Source: the human T2T-CHM13v2.0 reference genome, Homo sapiens | Assembly: GCF_009914755.1 (NCBI RefSeq) | Contig: NC_060930.1 | DNA length: 64,000 nucleotides | Strand: one strand, 5' to 3' | Part shown: one piece after another, positions 46,181-58,506 of the stretch | Position numbering within the stretch: the stretch's first letter is position 1 | Layout of the letters: every line of letters begins with the position of its first letter | Made by a program: the position numbers and the translations under genes | The notes under the pieces: model-generated | Told to the model about the DNA's origin: nothing | The model's input: only the letters and a program-made list of their open reading frames with translations | The model's database searches: none

Positions 46181-48429
46181 CTGAAATAAAAATAAAATGA
46201 CATTTTGGCATCATTGCTAACAAGAATTATTATAATAACCTAGATTTATGAAGCTTTGTGAGCATTTGCCTAGTTATCAAAAACCGAGGAAAAAGTTTAC
46301 TAAAAGCATTTAAACCTATGAATCAAAAATTAAAACATAATTGTTGTTATTGCACATTTGTGCCCTTTCAGAATTGTGTGTGCTATAATCAATGCTATTG
46401 CTTTAGAAGTTAAGGGAAGTATATTTGAGTAGGGGTTCAATTCACTGTTAAAGCATATAAATGACAGGGCATGTAATTTATTAAAGTTCTGGGCTACTCT
46501 AATCTAGTGTGAACTATGGGAAAATTTTCCCAGCAATCTTAGGGAGGGTAAGGATAACTAGCAAGACCCCAGCGAAAGTTTTTAGGACCCAACCCTAAAG
46601 AAGCCTGAGTTTGAATATTTATATTTGCAAGCTGCCCTCATTCTGCCCTCATTCCTCATTCTGGGAAGTAGGGGCAGGCTGAATATCCACTCTAGGATGC
46701 TTCTCTAATGTTAGGGGTTTTAGGAAACCTGTCCCTACCTGGCTGGCCTCATCCTGTATCTGTAAAATTAAGCTAGATAATAGAGATTCGTGGACAATAT
46801 AATGCCAGAGGATGGAATCTCAATCTGGTCCTTTTCTTCTTAATGTCTCTTTCTCCCTATTTACACTATGGGCCATGCTTTGCCTTCTTCCTCCCCCACC
46901 ACCCATGTTACCCTGACTCATCTTTCTCATTTCCCACAGGGGAAAAGATGCGTGTAAAGTTATCTGTATAAATCTTAAATCTGTGAGGGAAAGTTAAAAT
47001 CTTTTAAAGTAATGGTTATTTTCTTATGTAAAATTGATTCAAATTCGTTTGCAGTCAATAGGAGGTGAAAGCAAACAACATGCTTGTATATTTCCATCAT
47101 GTACATAACTCTTAAAAGTGCTGTTGGGATAATTAACATAGGAAATCCAAGGGAGAGGCTTTAGAGATGGAAGTTCAATGACAAAATTACTATTTGGTGA
47201 TCAAAGTGCTTAGAAACCCCAAAACGAAAATTGTCTACACAGCACTTTAACAGAGAACAATGGTACAGATAAAGTGTTATTAATTTTTAAGGCCTTGTGA
47301 TATTTTTTATAATAAGATTCTTTGTATTACTTTCAAGGAGGAATGATGTCATACCAAATTCTGATGTCTCTAGAGCAGTTTGGTTAAAATAAGCATCTGT
47401 TTCAGAGAAGAACAGATCCATGCATATGGATGTGGGATTACTTTCTTTGCAGCTGGATTTATCTTTTCCCAGTGATAGGTGTTAGGGAGATTCTCTGTTA
47501 ACTAGTTTGTAGGCTAGACATGAGACACAGGCAGGTTCTGACTGACACATTTACCATGTAATTACTTACACAGCTAATGAAAAGGCCACCAATGGAGGAA
47601 TCACTGTATTCTACAGCAAGTGAATCATTTAAAAAAAGGACACAATGAACAGCAGGGTTTTTTTTTTTTTTTTTAGATCAAACCTGAAACTAAAGAATGT
47701 AAAATATTCAATAAACTTATAAAATACCTAGCTTTTTTCTAGTACCATCTCTCTTTTTCTGCCTGTTACACATTGTCAGGGTTTACTTTCAAATTCATAG
47801 AGCCATCGGAGCTTCCAACAGAATTTCAGTTTGAAGAAGTTCTGAAATGAAGGCAACTTTATTAGAGTAGAGGGAGGTTACTTCTCATAAGTGCTTAGTG
47901 TGTTGTTAATGTCCCTTAGTAATGTCTGATGATTTGAAAAGCATGTTAAGAGGTTTTGTGCAGAAACAGCCATGTAGTGATGAACTATAGTAGGTATTAT
48001 TGCATTCTGATATTAAATTATACTTTACAGTGTATCTGTAGGGTTGCATCTAAGCCAACAATATAACATTTGCTAAGCAAAAGTAGTTTAATGTCTTTTC
48101 TAGGCAAGTAAATGGCAAAGCAAGTGCGCATTATTCTCAACAGGGAAATTCAAGTACATTTTGCTGCTGCCGACAGAGATTAAATAAAGAAAATCCAATT
48201 TAATATCTCAATGTTCCAGTACTAACCTGTAGTGAAAACAGAATTCTGAAATGAGATATTTGTCACTGTCTTCAGGAATATGGACTTGCACCATTTAAGG
48301 TAGACAAATATCATGTCCTCTTTCGTTTCTTAAAAAAGTTGTTTGCACTAAATTATTTTTCAAACCACTGCACTATAACCCATGGACAATAGATTTGGAA
48401 AGAAAGATGCTTTTGCCTTTCAGTACTGA

Positions 48430-48645
48430 AATATCATTGAGCATTTACTAGGTATCAGACAGAAGAATAAGTACTTAACAAATATCTAATTACAATCTCT
48501 AAGCAGCCTTATAGAAAATGTTATTTTGTTAGAATTTTACCGAAGAGTAAAGTAAAATTCTGAAAATTTGAACAGATAACCCAGTGTTGCATGGCTAGTA
48601 AATTGCACAGCCAAGATACAAACTTCTGTCCACTCTGCTTCAAGG
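48430..48645 (-). mobile_element. MIR
   Basis: cattgagcatttactaggtatcagac...ataacccagtgttgcatggctagtaaattgcacagccaagatacaaac. Confidence 0.65.
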
Positions 48646-49532
48646 CTAATCAACACCTTTATCTGGATGCTACACTTAATTGTGCCATAAACTTTTGTTC
48701 ATCTCATCTAGCACTTTCTATATATTAAATGTTATGATTAATAATATTCCAAGAAAACATGGAAAATAATTCTGTTCTGTGAATTAAAATAAATTGTAGT
48801 GGTTTTTTTTCCAAGATAGTAGATTAGAGGCTTGTAGCATGCTTCAGGCACTTGGAAATAATAAAATAGTGCATACAGATAAATTCTGTGAGCTTTAATT
48901 CAAGATGGAAAATGGGAATACTACTGGAATACCTAAAGACACACTAGGTCCTGGGGAAGAGAAGGTGGGCCCCCATGTCAGCATCTGGCTAATAAAAGTG
49001 AGTGAAGGCCCAGTACATGAAAAGGGCAGGGTCTCCCTCTGTGATTCACTTTTCCACTAGTGATCCATGCAGCCCAGGCCAAGGGAGAGCATCTTGTTTC
49101 TCCCAATCCCTGGAGCTAACCTGGGGAGAGACTTAGAGATACTGACAGGGAAAAGCACTGGGAAAAGGAGCATATTTTCCCAGACCTGGGACCAAGAGGA
49201 GAGAGCCATTTTTAATCTAGGCTCATACAATGTCAGTCATTCTTTGATGACCCGGCAGCCTCTCAGGCATTTTAGTCTCAGGTCATAGATTGGAGCACTT
49301 GCTCTGCAGTAGGGGAAGGACCTCCACCACCAGAATTGAGTGGCAAGTATGAAAAGCACCCCAGCAGAAGGTGCCAGAATTGGGCTTTCCCCCATCACAG
49401 GTCTGGAGTGGGAAGATAGTTGCTGCAGCCATGGTTTCTCCTGGGCAGTGAGACTTGCAGCTGAGGCCAGCATGGCAAGCTGGAACCAGTCTTTGTGTGT
49501 GCTATTGGTGGGTGCCCCAGCCTGCTTCCCCA

Positions 49533-50600
49533 AGATCATGGTGCAGTGGAACCCTCTCCACTCTGCCCTGAGGCAAATCTTCAGGCATTCAGAGCACCTG
49601 CTCACCTGGATTAGCAGCCTGAGCCACCCCACCCTTCCTGAGCAGGGATCTTGGTGCAGCACTGCTCCCTTCACTCCACATCTGGGCATATTTTGAGACA
49701 CTCACCTGGATTAGCTGCCAAAGCTGCCTCCTGCCTCTTTCATACAAAAACCTTATTCTACCACCAGTTACTCTACTCTCAGCCAGGGCACATATTTCCA
49801 AACAATTGGAGCTCCTGCTTGCCTAAGTCAGTAGGCTGAGCTCTCCTTCCCTTCCTCTGTAAAGAGCCTGTTGCAGTGGCAGTTTCTCTACTCCTCATCA
49901 GGGCATACTCGAAGTCATTTGGCACACTCACTTACTTAGATAGAAGCCTGAGCTGATCCTGTCTTCCTGTGAAGAGATCATGGTGCAGAAGCATACTCTC
50001 TTCTCCATTCTCAGACATATCTCCAGGACTTTGGTGCACCTGGCCCCCTGGAATAGGAGTTTGAACCACCACCCCTTCACATGCAAAGACCTTGGTATGG
50101 CAGCACTCCCTTCACTCCACACCCGGGCATAACTCCAGGCATTTGGCACACCCATTCCAATGGTTAGGAGTTTGAGCCAACCCTTCCTTTTCATGCAAAG
50201 ACCTCGTTGTGGTGGTGGTTTCCTTGCTCCTTCCCTGGGCATATCACCTGGCATGAGGCACATCTGCTCCTCCAGAATAAGAGCCTGAGCTCCCACCCTT
50301 CACAAAGACATTGTTGCATCTGCAGTTTCTCCACTTGTTGCTAGGGAATATTTCCAGGCATGTGGTATACCCATTTGTCTGGATTTGAAGTCTGAGCCAT
50401 CCCTGCTTCAGGTGCACAGATCCTGATGCAGCAGCACTCTCTCCTCTCAAGGCTCAGACATATCTTCAGGCATTTTGAGCACACATCCACTCTTCTAGAT
50501 TAGGAATTTAGGCCATGCACCTACACATTCAGAGAACTTAGAACAGAGGAGGTTTCTCAACTCCATGCCTAAACACACATCTGAGTGTCTGATGGTTGCC
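49533..50600 (+). repeat. Tandem array of about ten diverged ~112-bp monomers in the L1 5'UTR
   Basis: Unit starts at 49533, 49646, 49748, 49863, 49975, 50087, 50199, 50306, 50418, 50533 (agaYcNtgKtgcag...gggcata...caggcattt...ctgagc...cttc). Confidence 0.85.
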
Positions 50601-51668
50601 CACTGGACTTCTCTACTCTCTGGAGCTGGTGCCTGTGACTGCCATTGAGGACATTTAGCTGAGTGTGCCCCACCCATGTTGGTCCCTCCCCTGGGGCTGA
50701 ACAGGGAGCTCAGGCCATTATGTACTCCATGGATCAGCCCATTGCCTGAGGCAACACAGAGCTTCTCCCAGTAAAAAAAGGATCAAGTATATGCCCATCC
50801 AAGTGGGCCACAGCCAACTCTTACCCATAAGAACCACCTATGGACCTGGAGGTTCAATGGTACAACACAATAGGAAGTTTGTGGACACAAGTACATAGGA
50901 CTGGGAAATGAGATAAGCTTCCTGAGACAGCTGCAAACCCAGAACAACGGGAGGGATTGAGCCTTCTCCCACACCCATTACATTACTACTACAACCGGCA
51001 TTCGTGAAAGCCACCTTAAAAAGGATATCTATAACCAAAGAACTTATACAGACTCTTTGTCACTGAAAACACCCAGAACCAGAGATCTAACTCTCAGTCT
51101 GTCCCTAAGGGAGGGGAGAGCGCAGCCCACCAAATGTCCCCTTAAGTCAAAGGAAACATGAACATAGCACCAGCTATTGGAGGCAGCATCACTAAATCGA
51201 GAGGGTTATCTCTTGCCACCCTCCCCCACCTCAGTGCACTGTGGCTGACTCATCAGTGGCTCTTCTCAAGAAGGCTCGGGGATCCTGGTCTGAAAGAGAT
51301 CACTTCTCAAGCTTTTACAGTGGCTCTACCACCACTGAAGGCAAAAGTGCTCTGGGGGTGGTGCTTTTCAGCTTCATCCTGGCCTCTGCCCTTGCTGCTA
51401 CTGGCCAGCTCTTACTCTTAAGCACCACCAACTGGACTGAAGCCTGAATGACACCAGCAAACAAAATTACATTGCTACAACAAGCAATGTCTCAGAAAGC
51501 CACTACACAAACCTATCTGCAACCAAGGAACCCGTACAGATCCCTGGAATCCTGAAATCACCCAGAAACAAAGCCAATAAATCATACACAATATACATCA
51601 CAGTCATACACCCAAGGTAAAAAAGAATAAAAAATCAAGATGCCCCATCCAAATAATAGCAAATTTAT

Positions 51669-51895
51669 GAAAGAAAGGAAAGGAAAGGAAGAAAAAGAAA
51701 GGAAGGAAGGGAGGGAGGAAGAAGAAGGAAAGAAAGAAAGAAAAAGAAGAAAGAAAAAGAGAGAGAGAGAGAGGGAGGGAGGGGGGAAGAAGAAGAAGAA
51801 GAGAAAAAGAAAGAAGAAAAGAAGAGAAAGAAAGAAAGAGAAAGAAAGGAAGAAGAAAAGGAAAGGAAGAGAAAGAAAGAAAGAGAGAGAAAGAA
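51669..51895. repeat. 227-bp uninterrupted polypurine (GA-rich) tract
   Basis: Only G and A on the + strand from 51669 to 51895. Confidence 0.95.
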
Positions 51896-52480
51896 TTGGC
51901 TCTCTGAGATCAGAAGAAACCAGTGTAAGAACTCTGGCAATATAAAAAGCCAGGGCGTTTTGTCACTAAATGATCCCAGTATTTCCCAAGCAGTGGATCC
52001 TAATCAGCATAAAATGTCTGAAAAGACAGACATAGAATTCAGAATATAAAAGGCAAAGAAATTTAGTGAGATCCAAGAGAAAGTTGAAATCCAACACAAA
52101 GAAGCCTGAACTATCCAAGATTTGAAAGATGACATAGATATATTATGAAAGGCACAAACAGAACTCCTGGGATTGAAAAATTAACTACAGAAATTTCAAA
52201 ATACCCTTGGAGGCCTTTACAACAGATTAGATTAAGCAGAAGAAAGAATTTCAAAGCTCAAAGACTAGGACCTTGAATCAACCCAGTCTGAAAAAAAAAA
52301 AGAAAATAATTTTTAAAAAGAACAAATATTTAATGAAATATGGGATTATATAAGTGACTAAATATGTGATTTACTGGCATACCTGAGAGAGAAGAAGAGA
52401 AAGTAAGCAACTTGGAAAACATATTTAAGGATGTAATTTAGGAAAATTTACCCCATCTTGCTAGAGAGTTCTACATGCAG

Positions 52481-52849
52481 TGTTATGGTTTGGCTCTGTG
52501 TCACCGCCCAAATCTCACCTCAAATTGTAATCCCCATGTGTCAAGGGAGGGATCTGGTGGGAGGTGATTGGATCATAGGGGTGGTTTCCCCATGCTGTTC
52601 TCATGAGAGTAAGGGAGTTCTCCCAAGATCTAGTTGTTTGATAAGTATCTGGCTTTTCCCCTGAGCTCTGTCTCTCTCCTGCCACCAAGTAAGATGTGCC
52701 TTGCTTCCCTTTGGCCCTCCGCTATGATTATAAGTTTCCTGAGGGCTTTCCAGCCAATGCATAACTGTCAGTCAATCAAACCTCTTTTGTTTATAAATTA
52801 CCCAGTCTTGGGTAGTATCTTAATAGCAGTGTGAGAATGTACAAATATG
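52481..52849 (+). mobile_element. THE1D-like solo LTR inside L1 ORF1
   Basis: tgttatggtttggctctgtgtc...caaatctc...ttataaattacccagtcttggg; 5-bp TSD tgcag/tgcaa; L1 ORF1 resumes after it. Confidence 0.9.
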
Positions 52850-53423
52850 TGCAAATACAAGAAATCTACAGAACTCTGGCAAGATACTGTACAATATGAC
52901 CACCCCAAGTTACATACTTATTACACTATACAAAGTCAATGCAAAAGAAAAAATCTTAAAGGCAGCTAGAGAAAAGGGTCATATTACCTATGAAAGGAAA
53001 CCCATCAGACTAACATTGGACAACTCAGCAGAAAATTTAAAAGCCAGAAGAGATTTGGGGCCCATTTTTAGCATTCTTAAATAAAAGAAATACAAGTCAC
53101 GAATCTCATATCCTGGTAAACAAGTTTCATAAATAAAAGAGAAATGAAGTATTTCCCAGACAAATAATTGCTAAGGGAATTCATCACCACAGACTGGCCC
53201 TATTAGAGATGCTTAAGGGAGTTCTAAACATGAAAACAAAGAACAATACTTGCTACCACAAAACCATACGCAAATATATAACTCATAGACCCAATAAAGC
53301 AACTACACAATAGAGACTAAGTAGCAACTAGTTAAGAACACTATGACAGGAATAAAACCTCACATGCCAATATTAACCTTGAATGTAAATGGTCTAAATG
53401 CCCCATTAAAAAACATAGGGTGG

Positions 53424-53828
<405 letters not shown>

Positions 53829-55116
53829 CTAAAAAGAGCCAAGGTCTTTTTTTTTATCTTTCATCAGACAAAATAAGTTTTAAACCAACAACAGTAAAAA
53901 AAGGATGAGGAAGGGCATTACTAAATCACAGAGCTTTCAATTCAACAAGAAGATTTAAGTATTCTACATATATATGCTCCTAATATTGTAGGACCCAGAT
54001 TCATAAAACAACTACTTTTCACCTAAGAAAAGACTCTGACAGCCACAGGATAATACTGAGGTATTTCAATACCCCACTGACAGCATTAGATAGATCAATT
54101 AATGCAGAAAGCTAACAAGGAAATTCTGGACTAACATTCAATGCTTGATCAGTTGGATCGAAAAGACATCTACAGAATATTCCACTTGCAATAGCCACAC
54201 ACACAAAAATTAAAATACCCAGGAATACACCTAACCAAGGAGGTGAAAAACCTTTACAAGGAGAACTACAAAACACTGCTGAAAGAAATTGTAGATGACA
54301 GAAATAAATAGAAAAGCATTCCATGCTCAAGGGTTGGAAGAATCAATATCATTAAAATATCCATACTGACCAAAGCAATCTACAGATTCAATGTTATTTC
54401 TATCAAATTACCAACATCATTTCACAGAATTAGGAAAAAAAAAAAACACTATTCTAAAATTCATATGGAGCAAAAAAAAAACAAACAAAAAAAAACCAAA
54501 AAAACCTAAATAGCGAAAGCAATCCTAAAATCCTAAGCTGAAAGAACAAAGTTTGACTTCAAACTATGCTACCAGGCTACAGTAATCGAAACAGCATGAT
54601 ATTAGTACAAAAATTGACACACAGACCAAGGTAACAGGATAGAGTCCCTTGAAATAAAAGACACAAACTTACAACCAAGTGATGCTAAACAAAGCCAATA
54701 AACCATAAAAAAAGGACATTCTATTCAATACACGGTACTGAGAAAACTGACTATATCCAGAAGAACAAAACTGGAACAAACCTGCACATGTAGTGTCTAA
54801 ATCTAGAAATCTAAAATAAAAGTTGAAATTAAAAAATGAAAACATTAGGTTCATTCTCAGAATGGCAAGATGTTCCCCTAATATTAAGATATACGCTTGT
54901 GAGGTTGAATGGAGTAGGATGTGAGCTGAGAATAGGACTAATATTTGCTTTCTTATGTGAATTACATATTACATATGCATGCATATGTAACTGTGTTAAG
55001 GTAAGCATAAGTATCACTCTCAAAGAAGGAAGCATTTTCTAATTGATTTTTTAAGAATGTCTTTTCCTCTAAACTACGCTTGGTAGCCATTTTAACACAT
55101 AAATAGTAACAATAGT

Positions 55117-55452
55117 TTTTTTTGTTGTCTTTGTTGTTGTTGTTTGAGACAGTTTCCCTCTATCACCCAGGCTGGAGTGCAGTGGTGCAGTCTCCAACCT
55201 CGACTTCGCAGTCTCAAGCTATCCCTTCCGCCTCAGCCCCCATGAGTAGCTGGGATTACAGGTGTGCACCACCATGCCCAACTAATATTTTGTATTTATT
55301 GTGGAGACAGGGTTTCAGCTAATTTTTGGTATTTATTGTGGAGTATTTCACCATGTTGCCCAAGCTGGTTTCAAGCGCCTGAGCTCAAGTGATCCGCCCA
55401 CCTCGGCCTCCCAATGTGCTGAGATTACAGGCATGAGCCACCGCGCCCAGCC
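55117..55452 (-). mobile_element. AluJb-like with internal tandem duplication
   Basis: Antisense dimer with (TTG)n tail; middle segment duplicated at 55279-55350. Confidence 0.9.
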
Positions 55453-57339
55453 TAGAGGTTTATTATTTTAGTTCTCCAAGGAGTGCTGCATAAAATGTGC
55501 TTTGGCTTTTGTAAATAAAAGATTTGATGAAGTAATTTTACTTACATTGTGCTCCAAATTAGGTAAGTCAATTAGATGAAGAAGAAAAGAATGGCTAAAC
55601 TGGTACACACAAAAAAAGTGTGAGCTGGAGTGAGGGAGGGTCTGCGGGGGAAGCACTTATCAGATTGTGAACTGTGAGCTGTGAGCTGTTTGGCAGAGGA
55701 GAAGCACTTATCACATTGGAGCCATCTGCCTACTCCCTGGTTAGTTCATTCTCACAGTCTTTCAGTGCAGGTCTGTTGGTAACACTCATCAATCAAACTC
55801 ACATTCAGTGTTTAGATGGAATAAAGTATTTGTTTGTTGTTTGTTTTTTTTCTCTCTCCACCCCCTATCCTTCACCCCTACATAAATGCTAGTTTTAAAA
55901 TTTCCAATTCAGATTACAATGGCAAAATAGAATTTTTTTAGGTTTTGTTCCCACTTTACCCTCTTTTATTTGTGTTGTGGTTTATTTGTGTCTCTTTGCA
56001 AACAAGCTTTCTCCTCATTTATCATAAGTTTCATGGTTTATGGATTTTAATTCAAGCTATTTGGATAATACCTTGTAGCAAACTGATTTAAATGCAAACA
56101 AAAATAGCAACATCAGCCCCTTTCATTCCTTAGAATATCTGCTCCAGAATATTGTGGTCCAGAAGAGGCTATGCTATCTGGAGAATGTTTTATCATGTTA
56201 TATTAAAAAATATAACAAGAAAGGATATAAGGAGGAACAATGAGGAATTTCAAGAAAGGCAGTAGAGCTGGAAGAGGTCTGGCTAGGACATAATGTCTTC
56301 GAATCTTTTCAGAAATGTGTTCCAGCTTCTTTATGATAGCAGTTAGCATCCCTGCACATATGTGAGTATATAGGGCTCAAGAAAAATGGCAGGATAGGGA
56401 AGACCTATCATTATACTACAGAAAAGGACTTATAAAGAGACTTCTTGTAACTATTCCTTGGGGTTTGATTAATTACTTGCTTATTGCTGAAGACAGAATA
56501 GAGCGACCGGTACTGTGATTTTAGTAGTGAAAATGAGATGGCAGTTGGAGAGTTCTTAGTAGGGAGAACTGATACACTAAAAAATTGTGTTTCAGATTTA
56601 GTCTACCTCCCTTAATTTCCAGTAGGAGGGGGACCTTGAGCTTCCTTTGGCTGCTGAAGATTACTGAGATATTTAGCTCTCAAATGAGAATGCTAATCTC
56701 ATTCATTAAGTTTCATTTTAGAGATATTTGGGCAGCTAGATTATCAGACAAAAACATGCTCACATTTACCATCATGTTGTCTAAAAACCCAGGCATTTGT
56801 GCTTCTGGGTTTAGTGTGGATTAGGATGTATATTTGCTAAATATTAATGGATTTAATCAATCCCTTTTAATCCATCCAATTTTTTTCACTTGTAAATGAA
56901 CATTTAGGCATTGACTGTTTGTTCATTGACACTTTAGTAACAAGTAACTAAGAAGAATTATTTTATTTTATCATAATTGTTATCACTGGCATCATCATAT
57001 AATCTCATTTAATTATAATAATCATTGATATCCCTACGTTGTCCTAAGTACTATGTGAGCAATACTCTTGTAATATCAGTTTGTTTTTCTTTCCTCTAAA
57101 TTATGAAGATAAGCCTCACTCACACTTTTGGCCAGGCATCAAATAAAGATGAAATACTGTCATAAAGCAAGAAAACCTGTACTACTATAGAAAGAAAACA
57201 CAAATATCACATGCTGGTGGAAAGAAAATGCAGATACACATTCACATAGTCATACACATGAGAGATTATACTGAAAATAATTGAACAAAAATTATATAAG
57301 AAATGTAGTTTCCTTAGTATTTATTGCCTTGTTCAAATG

Positions 57340-57452
57340 TATTCAACAAACTTTCAATGAGACATTACTCAGTACCATAGTCCGTGCTAGGATTCAGGGC
57401 TAGAAAGAGTACTCAAGCCTGAATTATATCTTTATAGACCTTAAAAATCTAA
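57340..57452 (-). mobile_element. L2 3' end fragment
   Basis: tattcaacaaactttcaatgagacattactcagtaccatagtccgtgctagg. Confidence 0.55.
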
Positions 57453-57772
57453 TGCTCACTTACAGAATTTGAAACTTGATTTACAACTCAGGAATTGAAG
57501 ACATTACAGATTATTATTATTGTTCATTGATTTTTCAAACTGGTGATCAGATGAAAGTAAGCAAAATAGAACAGTTTAATGAAGAAAATTGAAACTTTTT
57601 TACTTTATTATATACTTAGCAGTGTACAAAGAATATACATTGGCTACTGTCTTAGTTATTTCTCATAAAACAATTGATAGCTAGCATTATGCAGTGATGC
57701 AATAGTCCTAGTCTAATAGGGTATGAGTGAGTGTGTGTGTGTGTATGTGAGTATGCACACACACACATGTAA

Positions 57773-58168
57773 TCAACATGTCAGCAGAATTGTATTCCTT
57801 CTGGAAGCTCTAGGGGAGAATACATTTCTTTTACTTTCCTAGCTTGTAAAGGCAGCCTGCAGCCCGTGGATCATGGTCACTTCCCCCATCTTCAAAACCA
57901 ATTGTAACATCCTCAGAATTCTGCTTATGTCTCCAATTCTGCTTCTGTTACTACATCCTCTTTCTGACTCTGACTCTTTCTTCTCCCTGTTATGAGGACT
58001 CTTGTGATTGCATTGAGCTGACCTGAATAATCCAGGACAACCTCTCAATTTTAATATCCTTAATTTATCTACAACTGCAAAGTCTGCTTTGCCATGCATA
58101 GCAACATATTCACAGATTTTAGGAATTAGGATGTGAACATCTTTGAGGACCATAGTTCTGACTACTAT
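57773..58168 (-). mobile_element. MLT1C-like LTR (partial)
   Basis: ttccttctggaagctctaggggagaat...gaataatccaggacaacctctc...aacatattcacagattttaggaattaggatgtgaacatctttgagg. Confidence 0.85.
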
Positions 58169-58506
58169 AATTACTACTTATCTATGGAAGAAAGACAATC
58201 ATACTACTTACCCCACAGGAAGATTGTGGGAATTAAATGTGTATGCTATTGAAGTGTGCCAGATAGGGCATTAGAAATATTTATTAACTGCTCTGTAACT
58301 GTTGGCTCTTTTTGAGTGCTGGAGGTGGAATGGGTTAAAAAGTACTAGGTATGGTACTGGTTGCTGCCATTGTGTTACTTAAGTCAAATTCTCCTTGTTT
58401 TCTTAACTTATTTTCTTAAACTCTACATATATTTTATAGATATAAAGTGAAGATGTTTAACATTTGGTTCCATTGATGAAGAACAGGAAAACAAGCAAAT
58501 ATTTTC

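Noticed and set aside
45804-46200. Five overlapping Y/I/C-rich ORFs
   Set aside because: Translations of the TA/TG microsatellite.
49533-50600. Regularly spaced repeats suggestive of a CRISPR-like repeat-spacer array
   Set aside because: Units are homologous along their whole length with no unique spacers, lie inside an L1 5'UTR in primate DNA, and no cas genes are present.
51640-51945. 101-aa K/R/E-rich ORF and 91-aa F/S/L-rich antisense ORF
   Set aside because: Artefacts of the stop-free polypurine tract.
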